The notes below the pieces were generated by a model. It made no database searches. It worked only from the letters and a program-made list of their open reading frames with translations, and had not been told where the DNA came from. Below, one piece after another: positions 12,444 through 22,716 of a DNA stretch of 39,372 bases; positions within the stretch are counted from its first letter, which is position 1, and each line of letters starts with the position of its first letter. This stretch comes from Nemertoderma westbladi (taxonomy: Eukaryota; Animalia; Xenacoelomorpha), in the NCBI GenBank assembly GCA_032718475.1, contig JAUCBJ010006188.1:1-39372 (forward strand), in the 5' to 3' direction. The translations under genes were made by a program, and so were the position numbers.

Positions 12444-12644
12444 CTGTTGCATATATGTATCATATGTCTCCAACTCCGAGTCGCTACATGAATCCAAAAG
12501 AGTTTCCGATGAAGAAACGGCATTATCTGTCTCATCCATAATCTCGCGTTTCAATTCCTCCATATACTTTGATTCCCCATTATCGTCTGAGGAATCATCT
12601 CGTTTGTTGTAACCTCGCTCGTGGTAGTTAGACCCATGTGCCAT
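12444..12644 (-). CDS. Predicted first coding exon (67 codons, acidic/Ser-rich) of unknown gene, paralog A; reads through the array to 11886 (252 aa) if unspliced
   Basis: ATG and frame conserved with 32271-32444 (MAHG..DDSSDD..ES..MEELKREIMD), length difference a multiple of 3; ends in CAG|GTTAGG at phase 0, matching the phase-0 acceptor at 9424. Confidence 0.65.
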
Positions 12645-12799
12645 TTACGAGAATAATAAGGTACTAATTTTTTAGTTTAGTTCATATAGGCCCTCGGCCG
12701 TTTTTTGTGCTGCTAGGTTTTGCTACTTTATTTGACATGAAATATTATGAGGAGATGACGAATTACTGTAAGCGAGCTTAGCATTAAGCGGTACCGCTG

Positions 12800-12965
12800 T
12801 TTAAAACGTTGTCTGTCGGCCAATAACTCATTATGTAATTAAACCAAACTTGGTTCACATGTAGTCTGTCGAATGTCTGAAATGTAATTTCCGTAGGTGG
12901 ACTCAGTAGTCCTATAGTCCCTCGCTAGAGGGCGACTGTTCAATGTTTGAAATGGTGGTAACATT
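12800..12965. mobile_element. Possible Helentron/DINE-like non-autonomous element fragment (also 32660-32845)
   Basis: tgtctgtc microsatellite-like start followed by aataactc, aaacttgg and the ccctcgctagaggg hairpin resembles such elements; ends not defined. Confidence 0.3.
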
Positions 12966-13444
12966 GTTCTGATTTTTTTATACTGACTTTGGGTTAGGGT
13001 TCAATTACTGCTTTAATTAGGGTAAGGGATGCCACACTTGTAGCCTGTGAGGTCCACCAGAGCTTTAAGAGCAAAAACAATTGTTTGCCCCAATATTATT
13101 AGCCTGCATACAACCAAAATTTATTTTAATAAAATTTGTGAACCTTTCGAAAAAAATAAAAAAAACACAAAATAAATAATTAGCAAAAACTAGCTAGTAA
13201 CTAAAAATGACAAGGGCTAATGAAGTTCTGTAAAGCAATAATTTTAAACATCTGTTATTCCCATGTGTAATTAATTATAATGATGAAGATAATTTTGTTC
13301 TTCAAAATCAATTGAAGAAAGTTGGTATTAGTTACTTTAAAAATTTACAATTTACAATTTAAAAATAATATAATTCTGGAATCTGTTATGTACAATGTTA
13401 CCTACATAATGAGTCTGTGTATATTTCATACACAGTGAAAATTC

Positions 13445-13507
13445 TAAATATGCCATTAAACAAAAACTAAATATGTCATTAAACAAAAACTAAATATGCC
13501 ATTAAAT
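13445..13507. repeat. 23-bp direct repeat, about 2.7 copies
   Basis: ctaaatatgycattaaacaaaaa repeated. Confidence 0.8.
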
Positions 13508-14348
13508 TTCTCATATTCAAAATATTAATCTGCTAGACATTTTACTCGTCATATCTACTTAGTGTATAAGAGCTGTTGCTATGGCAATATTCTCCGTTGC
13601 TATGTTTAGGGCTCTCTAAAAAAAAACCAGCAAATTCCTACGGGGTCATAGGTCTGAGCCTGTAATTGTGTTATATATTATTTTGAATTATTTGTTACTG
13701 AATGAATGAATGAATTTAATTTTAATGTCATGGGCTCATGCCCCCAGCCGCTAGCGGATTACCAGACACCAGATTATAATAATGCACAGCACTATAACAC
13801 AAAAATATATTTTAAAAGAGAGATGAATAACTATAATTATAGACAAAACTGAATATAGCTGAAATATATGATAGAGAAAATATTCGAATTTACAAATCAT
13901 TAATCAATTACAAATGATTGTACAATATATTTTTCCGTTCATCAAACAATGAAGATAAATATTTAACCGCACCAACTTGATTATCGCACATGAAATATTT
14001 AAGTTTTTGTTGATCATTTAATTTACGTATATCTAGTGGTATAGAAGAGCGGTCTAAAGCACTACAGTCACTCAGAAAGTGGACCTCATCCTCGATCTCG
14101 CCAGATCGGCACCTTGATCGCCACCTCGATCGCTAGAGGAAGAACTCCACACCGGAATTGAGCCATTAGACTGCGCTGGCTACGTGTAACACACTTATTA
14201 ACAACATATTGCTCTGCACCGAAAATAATTTTAAATTTAATATAGGTACGTAGTTTAGGTTTCGATTTTAATTCAGAACTCCACTTATCTTCAAAATATT
14301 TATCGCATGATTTGCTAAAATTATTTATATTAACCTTAAGTTTCCTAT

Positions 14349-14590
14349 AGGAAAAAACGGCGGGGTAGCTCAGTTGGTTGAGCGCCGGGCCTGCAATCTA
14401 GTGGTTGTAGGTTCAGCCCCGCCAGGGTCCACTCAGCCTTTCATCCACTGGGGTCGATAAAATGAGTACCAGTTAAATTAATGGGAGCAAATCTTGGGAT
14501 AGGAGTAGCGCCCACCCCTACCCTCGGGTAGCAGCTATCGAAAGAGGATCTTCGTGTCGCCTCCGGCCTCGGCCGACTGTTTGCTTTGCT
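14349..14590 (+). mobile_element. tRNA-derived SINE with 8-bp TSD (tttcctat)
   Basis: A box tagctcagttgg, degenerate B box ggttcagccc, body motif actcagcctttcatcc..ggtcgataaaatgagtaccag seen in many animal SINEs, (tttgc)n tail; TSD at 14341-14348 and 14591-14598. Confidence 0.88.
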
Positions 14591-14603
14591 TTTCCTATGG
14601 TAA

Positions 14604-15340
14604 AGCCTGGTTCACAATCATGTGTAGTTGTTACACACACACGTATGTAGCTACTACACAAAGCCTTGTGTAGCGACACTTGTGTAGTCGTTTTTCTACA
14701 TAAGGTATTGTGTAGTACTACACAAGGCCTTGGGTATGTGTAATTTTGCAACTACACAAGGGTTGAAATAAATTCAACTTTTTGGGAACTACACAAGGCA
14801 TATTGACAATATTGACTGTCTATTTAGGTAAATAATTGTCTATTGATTTTATCATTATCGATTCGTGTATGGTATAGATTTCTCTGGTTTCTACGCGTCA
14901 ATTCACCTGTTCAGTTTAATAGAAAAACTATACATTTAACATTTATGTACCAACGTGATATAAATAATGGCGCCTAGTGCAAAGGAAGTGCAAAGAAAGA
15001 TTGATGAACTCTTATTAATAGAAGTCAGAAATCATTTCGTTTCAGGTAAGAGGCCGCACCCACCACCTTCTTTTCCTTTTCCTCATTATTTGTTTTGCTT
15101 CCATTATACATTTGGTAGCTGTATTTACCGCAACAAGATCATAATTATCTGCCATTTTTCGAATATAATCGTAGAATACACAAGACTGAATACACAAAGT
15201 TGTGAACATTCACTACACAATACCTTGTGTAGAATGTGTTTTCTACTACACAAGTGTAGCACAAGGTTTTGTGTAGCTATACTTGTGTAGCTACATCTAC
15301 ACATGTGTATGTGTAGCTACACAAGATTGTGAACCAGGCT
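14604..15340. mobile_element. PIF/Harbinger non-autonomous element (MITE), TAA TSD
   Basis: 16-bp perfect TIR agcctggttcacaatc / gattgtgaaccaggct, TAA on both sides (14601-14603, 15341-15343), many ctacaca/tgtgtag subterminal repeats. Confidence 0.92.
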
Positions 15341-15585
15341 TAAGAGTCTGTAAAATTAAGCACCTTGAAAATACTTAGCATTTCATTGCACCACCCTGAG
15401 GTGTTACCATGATCAACATTAAAAATCTGTCTAGGCAGACGGTCATCTGTCATTTCCACCAATCGGTTCCAGCGCCTAGCCAAGCTAAGATAACGTCTGT
15501 GCTGAGGATAAATCCAGCCCATTTCACCTTCAACTGCCAAGTTTGGTGTGAACTTATGGACACCTACGAATGATCGCATACAGTA

Positions 15586-15678
15586 GGCCCCGGTGGGGAG
15601 ATTGAACCCAGATGTAAGGCGGAGGCCCTGGTGGGGAGATTGAACTCAGATGGAAGGCGGTGGCCTGTGGGGAGATTC
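15586..15678. repeat. ~37-bp tandem repeat, about 2.5 copies
   Basis: ggcccyggtggggagattgaacycagatgkaaggcgg repeated. Confidence 0.8.
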
Positions 15679-15798
15679 TGAGGCCAATATAACCCTGTCA
15701 AATTTCCGAATCTTGGACAAATTCACATTGGTTGGCTTCAAAGCTCCAGACGAACAGACCAACAAGTTTGTCTATATAGCTGCCTCTGTCGATGCTAA

Positions 15799-16207
15799 AG
15801 GTGGAGCCCCAACCAGCGCAGATGCCGCAAGCGGACGCGTCACAAACGCTAATCAATAAAATATAAACCGCCTACAATATAATATGTTTGTTTACTGGCT
15901 AGGCTATATTAACTGTAATGATACTTTGAGCCGATTATAAGTTAAACACTGCATTTATTATAATATCCACTAATAACAATAATAATAATATTAGTTACTC
16001 TGGGTGTAGTAATTCGCTTAGGTTGGGGCTCTCCTCATAGAATTCACAGCTTTCTAGAATTTGGACGCGTCCCAAAAATAGGTCCGAGCCCTACTTATTT
16101 TGATGCATCCCCTTGACCCGGAAGTTGTGGTTGTTCTTGTTTTCGATCCTACAGTATGCTACCAATCTTATAATCTTGACGCATCCGCGATGGTTGGAGC
16201 CCCCGCT
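15799..16207. mobile_element. Older Harbinger-like MITE
   Basis: Imperfect TIRs aggtggagccccaacca..gcgcagatgc vs gcatccgcgatggttggagcccccgct, flanked by TAA and TTA; internal gacgc(g/a)tc motifs. Confidence 0.5.
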
Positions 16208-16397
16208 TTACGGCGTTAATATTTTGGTAAATAAATAGATAATTGCAGCTTTTTGTGTGTCATTTACGAGAGAACTAAAAAGACATAATAGAAATCGAGA
16301 TTATAAGGGCACAAAAAGGGCTATGGAAAATTGAGGAAATAATGTCAAGCTAAAGTACTCGTACTCAGTGTTTTACTGTGTAGGATAATGTGAAGAT

Positions 16398-18567
16398 ATG
16401 AGCATGAGAACCCTCCAGGAGAAATATCGGCTCGGTCGTCGCCCGTGTCAACAAGGACCGCGTCCCTCAGTGGTACATCAGGCTGGGGTCGATAAATTGG
16501 CTACTGGAACAGAATACAGAGAAGAAAGAAGAACCAACCTGCTGAAATGTAAAACGACACTAAAGATTGCTACAATGAACACACGCACGCTGAAAGCACA
16601 GAGCAAACAGGGTGACATGGTCGCTCTGGCAATGGAATATAACATCGACATCATCTGCATCCAAGAACATCGGATTTGTCATGAAGACACTGCCATGAAG
16701 TAACGTTAGTAACAAGCTCAGCAGTAAGAAACTCGGCCAATGCATCAATTGGTGGAGTAGGAATTCTGCTAAGCCCAGTTGCACTTAAGACCCTAAACAA
16801 TATCGAATCTATAAATTCCAGGGTTATGATCGCAACATTTCATGGGAATCCCAAGGCAACAGTTATATGTTGCTACAGTCCAACCAATGCCTCAGAGCCA
16901 GAACAAGCAGTCAAGTTTTATGAAGATCTGACTGGACTTATAAAGGACATTCCGAAACACAATGTTAAAGTCATTGCTGGTGACGTGAATGCGCAAATTG
17001 GCCCAGAAGACATCAAGGGTTACACCTATAACACCAGTTCTAACAGAAATGGGTACTTACTTACTTTTAGACCTAATGGAAGAATGTGAATTGATACCAA
17101 CAAACAACACATTCGAAAAGAGTAAGGGGAAGCTATGGACCTTTCAATACCCTAATGGAACCAAAGAACAACTGGATTACATCCTTATAAACAAAAAGTG
17201 GAGAAACAGCATGATCAACTGCGAGGCATACAGCTCGTTCAACCTAATTGGTTCGGACCACAGAATTGTTACTGCAGAAATCCGACTCAGTTTGAGAGCC
17301 AGCAAACCCAGGACAAGCAAGCAGATCAACTATGACTGGGAGAAACTCAGAACTGACAATGCAGTAAAGGATGCTTACACAGTAGAAGTTCAAAACCGCT
17401 TTGAAGCACTTCAGTCAATGGATGAAGACCAGTCCACCGATTCAATATACGAGAATATAATAACAGCCCACAAGTAATCAGCTAAGAGGCATATCCCCCT
17501 GAAACCTAAACGAAAACAGTATGTGCCATGGCAAAACTCTGAGGTTACTTGTAAGAGAGAAGATCTTAAGATAGCCTACAAAGTTAAAACCGAACAACCA
17601 ACACCAGAAAAGAAAACATTAACAAGGTTGAGAAAGCTAAGGACGATCTTAAATTGGACTACAACATCAGCCAGGAAAAGTACATACATGATAAAATTGA
17701 AGCAATTACAACTGCTCACATACAGCAACAATCAAGACTTACCTGGCAAACTGTAAATGAGGTATCTGGTCGGAAATGTTGTGCAAAGGGGCGCCTCAAA
17801 GCCGATAGTCCTGAAGAACGTGTTGGGAAGTGGAAAAATCACTTCAGCAACTTGCTTGGGCAGCCACCAAACATCGAGGTCAGCCCTACAGGGAAAATAT
17901 ATGACAAGACACTACCTAGAGAAAAAGGGGACTTCACACCTGCCGAACTCCAAAGAAGCATTAAAAACATGTCCAATAATAAAGCGAGTGGATTAGATGA
18001 AATCCCAGCGGAGGTATGGAAAACAGGAGTGCTAAACAGACCATTATTGAATGTTTGCAACCGGATGTTAAAAGGGGAAAAGCCATCACCAATTTGGACT
18101 AAAGGTCAACTAAAGCCTCTCCCCAAGAAAGGAGACCTCGGTATACCAACAAACTATCGTGGGATCTGTCTGCTTGTAGTAGCTGCTAAAATATACAATA
18201 AAATTATTCTATATAGGATTAGGCCTCACATAGAGAAACTACTGCGTAAGAGCCAAAACGGATTTCGACCAAGTAGATCAACAATAGCTCAGATACTTGC
18301 ACTACGGAGACTGATTGAAGGAATTAAGTCGAAGAATCTCCCCGCAGTCATGACTTTTGTGGACTTCAAGAAGGCATTCGACTCCATCCATAGAGGCAAA
18401 ATGCTTGAAATCCTAAGAGCTTATGGAATACCAGAGGTAATTGTTGCTGGCATTGGATTGTTATATTGTGACACAGAAGCGCAGGTACTCTCACCAGATG
18501 GTGAAACTGAGTTTTTCTCAATCCTGGCTGGTGTACTGCAAGGTGACACATTGGCGCCATTGCTATT
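16398..18567 (+). mobile_element. RTE-clade LINE, same family as 5748-8046; 5' part present, 3'-truncated, pseudogenised
   Basis: APE motifs KIATMNTRTL, DIICIQEHR, CYSPTN, AGDVNAQIG, LDYILIN, SDHRIV; RT up to QGDTLAPLL; stop at 17475-17477 and several frameshifts; near-identical to the reverse complement of 6619-8046 over 17135-18567. Confidence 0.93.
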
Positions 18568-18649
18568 ACGGCAATTGCCATACGGTTTGGCAGATTTGGA
18601 ACCCAAATGGGGTCAAATGGCTTTCTAGCCTAACCCAAACTGGGAACTT

Positions 18650-19408
18650 TCAGATAGGTACTGTAAGTAGAGTGGGGAGTCCCGCGGATACCGTACGAGC
18701 AAAGTTTTTTCAGAAGAATTCCTATGTCCAAAGAGTCGAAAGCTTTCTTTAGGTCTATATATACAACTGAAGTGGATTGTTTATTATCTAAGGCGGTACG
18801 AATATTTTCTACAATATTAAGAACAGCAAAAGTTGTTGTGAATTTTCTCCTAAACCCGAATTTATTTGGACAGATGACTGAGTAACGTTCTAGGTAAGAA
18901 ACAATTTGATCATTAATCAGTTTTTCGTATAGTTTATTGAAAACAGAAAGCAATGAGATCGGCCTATAGTTAGATGGGTTCAGAGGACAATCGCCCTTAT
19001 ATACGGGAATCACCTTTGCAACCTTAAGTAGACTGGGATAAAAGCCCTGGGTAAAACTAAAATTCTATTAGAATGGCCAAATGTAATGATATTCCCTCTA
19101 TCATTACATTTGGCCACATTTGCGCCAAATTTAAGTAATTTGATAGGGAAATTATCATTAGAGGCAGAATCTTTCCGAGACGGGATGTCTCGGTTAATCC
19201 AAATGAATTCGATTTCTTATAACTGATATGACCAGTGGGACAGCGTGTGGAACTAGGTACAGCAGCGGCCAAAGACGGGCCGATGGTGGTGAAAAAGTTA
19301 TTGAATTCGTTTGTTATGTCTTTCGGATCTGTAAGAGTTACTATGGAGACTAGTTTTTTGGGAAGTGTGAGATTTTTCCCGCGATGAAGCACAGAGTTTA
19401 TTTATAGG
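18650..19408 (-). mobile_element. L2/CR1-group LINE ORF2, RT N-terminal part (3' piece of element split by the 19411-22716 insertion)
   Basis: EFNNFFTTIGPSLA, IPVYKGD...NYRPISLLSVFNKLYEK, FGFRRK, YIDLKKAFDSLD, YGIRG; truncated before the catalytic YADD. Confidence 0.85.
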
Positions 19409-19651
19409 TAGTCATACTGCTGTGCTGGTACCGGTACATGCACATGCATCATATACATTCATACCTACCGGCATATTATTTAGGTACCGGTATAGGTACC
19501 GGTATAGGCACCAGCAGTGATAACTGCTAAATACTGAAATACTACCATAACTGGGCCTGATCTTTTTCTTGCTGTACCAATACCCATAATCCGTTTCGAG
19601 CTCGTTTGGGCTTTTTATTGCCTGCAATGGCACGGCGCTGTATCGACTGCA

Positions 19652-20749
19652 ATGTTGCAGAGACTCCCTCTGTGCTCTGGGCCACAAGGTCGTGTTATCC
19701 TGTCTATGTTTCTCAACCGACTTCTCTGTGCAAGTTGTAGAATTAAACGTGGTTCTTCTTTGACACCCCAGGGTCATCTGGAAGGTATAGACACTAATCA
19801 CTCTGATGACGACGACTTCAACTCTCTACTAACTGATGGCATTAACGATAACGATGTTACCCCCCTTGGTGACGCTTCTTTGCGAGTTGGTTCCAGTCGC
19901 TCGCAACTGATCCGCAACGAGCTACTTTGTTTCATTCAGTATGAAATGTCAAGGTTGAATAAATCTTCTTTGATTTCCGTTATTTGCCACTTTTACTCTG
20001 GAGAGGAAATTCTGGCGGCGAAGCAACTACTCTACTCGGAGGCTGTGAGTTGCGCAGTTCCTGACCGTCCTCTACCTGCCTGGATCGGACGCATCGGTAA
20101 AAAGAAATCCCAGGCTCATGCTTGTGATATCTACGCCGTTTTCCAAGAGAGTGCCTTCGTCGACTCCGACTCTCGACCAACCTTCTTTGCGCTTGATCCC
20201 TCAAGACTTCCGTCTTCAGATAAACGTTCCATTCACGACATGGTCCAGGCGGAGGAACTCAGGAACCTCAACAGCCTTGTAAACGACCTACATCAAACGG
20301 TGTCTGGTCATGTTGAAGCTCTTAAGAACACTGTGACCCGTGCTGAATTAGTCGAAGTGAAAACAGCGATGAAGTGTGCCTCGGCTACCGTTAATGCTTT
20401 GTCTGTTGCCGGTGCAACTGGCGACACTTCTCGATTCTGCAATGTTGCAGGAAGTATTATTTCCATGAATACTTCTACTTATGGAGCGACTGCGAACAGA
20501 TCTCCTGCATCTCCTCCTTTTCCTACTGAATCTTCGAGCATTGTAACGGCTCCGCCAGTACCATTGTATTCTAATGTCGTTTTACAACAACCCCCGTCTA
20601 TGTCTACCGTTCCTCCACCAAGCGGTTCTGTTACCGGGCGTGGTGGTCCACCTGACATTCAGGTACCCGACGGGTTTACTCTCGTTCGTAACCGGAAAGA
20701 GAGAAATCGGCCACCAGCCAGAGTTGGTACTGGCAACTTTACCGTATAA
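19652..20749 (+). CDS. LINE ORF1-like protein, C-terminally truncated
   Basis: NELLCFIQ...ICHFYSGEEILAAKQLLY motif familiar from invertebrate LINE ORF1s, coiled-coil segment, GFTLVRNRK..VGTG. Confidence 0.65.
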   Translation: MLQRLPLCSGPQGRVILSMFLNRLLCASCRIKRGSSLTPQGHLEGIDTNHSDDDDFNSLLTDGINDNDVTPLGDASLRVGSSRSQLIRNELLCFIQYEMSRLNKSSLISVICHFYSGEEILAAKQLLYSEAVSCAVPDRPLPAWIGRIGKKKSQAHACDIYAVFQESAFVDSDSRPTFFALDPSRLPSSDKRSIHDMVQAEELRNLNSLVNDLHQTVSGHVEALKNTVTRAELVEVKTAMKCASATVNALSVAGATGDTSRFCNVAGSIISMNTSTYGATANRSPASPPFPTESSSIVTAPPVPLYSNVVLQQPPSMSTVPPPSGSVTGRGGPPDIQVPDGFTLVRNRKERNRPPARVGTGNFTV

Positions 20750-22425
20750 ACTGGCGCTGAAAAATTGTAGAAAAAATGAAGCAACAATAAGAAATGACAA
20801 GTTAGCTCAGTCGTTCCTGTCTTCCAGCAAGGATTTTTGGCACTGCGCCCAAAAACACTGTAACACAAAAGTTCCACGTGCTAATATCATAGGTAATGCC
20901 CACAATGATGAGGACATTGCCAATTTGTTTAGTAATGGCTACGAATCTACGTATAATAGTGTAGAGCCTGATTTGGCTGACGTTACATTCTTAAAGAGTA
21001 AGTTTGAAACTTGGGATGGATCTGATAGATTCCATATTTTCCCAAGGAATGTGGAAGAGGCTTTAGCTAGTCTTAAACTTGGTAAGGCTTCTGGGCCAGA
21101 CCAGTTGGCGCCTGAGTGCTGGTATTATGCAGGGTGTCGATTGGCGGTTGTCCTTAGTTTACTATTCAATTCATTTATTTCACATGGGTTTTTGCCAGTC
21201 TCGTTAATTACCAGTCACTTAATGCCTATCGTTAAAAATAAGAACAATAAACTTACTGATCAGTTAAATTATAGACCTATAGCCACATCTAATGCTTGTT
21301 CCAAGTTGTTAGAGTTTTGCTTCCTTATGCTAATTACGAATTGTGTGAATATCACGCCGAACCAGTTTGGATTTCAACCCGGTCTTGGTACTGAAACCTG
21401 TATTTTTGCATTTAAAGAGACAGTCCATTATTTTGTATCTAGAGACACCCCTGCTTTTACAGCTTTTTTGGATGCTTCTAAGGCATTCGACCGTGTTAAT
21501 TATGTAAAACTTTTTAAAAAGTTAATTTATCTTAGATCCAAGAGTTCCCCTTGGTGTAATACGTTTACTATATTTTTGGTATACCAATCAATTGCTAGCG
21601 GTACGTTGGGGCAGCGCAACAAGCGTACCCTTCACTGTATGTAATGGTGTACGACAGGGTAGTTTGCTTTCTCCTCTTCTATTTAACATATACTTGAATG
21701 ACTTAAGTATTTTATTGAACAATTGTCCTGCAGGTTGTAAGGTTGGTAATATTGTAATCAACCATCTATTGTATGCCGATGATCTAAGTTTAATGGCTCC
21801 CAGTATTTTTGGTTTACGGTCTTTACTTAAAATTTGTGAAGATTATGGTGCTAAATTTGATGTTATGTTTAATTTCGTTAAATCAAAGTGTATGTATTTT
21901 ATCCCTTCACAATTTGGACGAGCTGGTGACGTATACCTTTGTGGTATGATCCTCCCTTGTGTTCTAGAATACTGTTACTTAGGGCATACCCTCTGTTGCA
22001 ACCTATCTGATGAACCTGACATTAAGCGTTTGAAATCAACATTATATTGTCGTGGTAATCAATTAGCCAGAACGTTTAATAAATCCTCTTTACCTATAAA
22101 ATCCATTATTTTCAAAACTTATTGTTATAACTTATACTGTTGTTCTCTATGGTCTGTGTTTCGTGTTGAATCCTTACGTAGATTAAAGGTAGCTTACAAT
22201 TACGCTTTCCGTCAATTATTTTCATATTGTAGTACCGATGACGCCAACACTTTATTTTGTTTGAACCGTATCAATACTTTTAAATCAATTTGTCGTACTG
22301 CTATTTTTTCACTGTTACATCGTGTTTCAATATCTTTAAATCCTATACTTCGTACCTGTAACTCTATTGGTATGTCTACGCTTAGATCTCGCTGGAATAT
22401 TGTTTTAGGGGTCGATGAAAACTAA
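20745..22425 (+). pseudogene. LINE ORF2 reverse transcriptase lacking APE domain, one frameshift near 21530-21590
   Basis: GKASGPD, NYRPIA, QFGFQPG, FLDASKAFDRV, NGVRQGSLLSPLLFNIY, LLYADDL, YLGH. Confidence 0.9.
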
Positions 22426-22716
22426 CCTATATCCAATTAGTAATTTGTACTCTATTCTCTTTTCAATCTATACAATTTTTGAACACTTTGGTATTTCATT
22501 ATTAACTTATGGCCGATAGTTTCTACATTCCTTTTCTTTTTTTGGGTGCGCCCATTAATAACGTCTCATTCTTACAGTACATTGTGCTAGCTGCTAGGTA
22601 CTGTAGTTGCTTTATATTAGTTTATAGATACAGTAGTAGCCTACAGTAGAGTTGTGCGGTGCTACATAATGTTTACATTAATGTTCCTGCACGAAATTAA
22701 ACATAATAATAATAAT

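Larger units (their letters stand above)
8932..13381. repeat. Segmental duplication, copy A (paralogous to 24200-33193)
   Basis: Collinear homologous blocks: 8932-9545 ~ 24200-24830; 11190-11440 ~ 27395-27645; 45-bp array; 12444-13381 ~ 32271-33193. Confidence 0.93.
13900..15580 (-). mobile_element. 3' fragment of an RTEX-like LINE, interrupted by a SINE and a MITE
   Basis: GVHKFTPNLAVEGEMGW...WNRLVEMTDDRLPRQIF (15579-15344) continues as KPKLRTYIKFK...RSLMAQFRCGVLPLAIE and C...EIEDEVHFLSDC (Zn knuckle) below 14348. Confidence 0.8.
19411..22716 (+). mobile_element. Two-ORF non-LTR retrotransposon (Proto2/RTEX-like, clade uncertain) with internal deletion removing the endonuclease; (AAT)n tail
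   Basis: ORF1-like and RT ORFs, T-rich 3' region, aataataataat tail at ~22703-22716, imperfect tatag(g)ta duplication at both ends, and the host LINE rejoins across it. Confidence 0.8.

Noticed and set aside
11985-12491. Plus-strand ORFs PNLGVWFTIIYRC (also 29143, 29368, 31902) resembling membrane proteins
   Set aside because: Antisense shadows of the array, starting at TTG, with no unique flanking coding sequence.
12640-12650. TAAATG at both start codons suggesting a poxvirus late promoter / endogenous virus
   Set aside because: Common in AT-rich DNA; no viral hallmark genes; apparent spliceosomal intron.
14359-14425. Functional tRNA gene
   Set aside because: Degenerate T arm/B box and no acceptor stem closure; followed by SINE body, tail and TSD.
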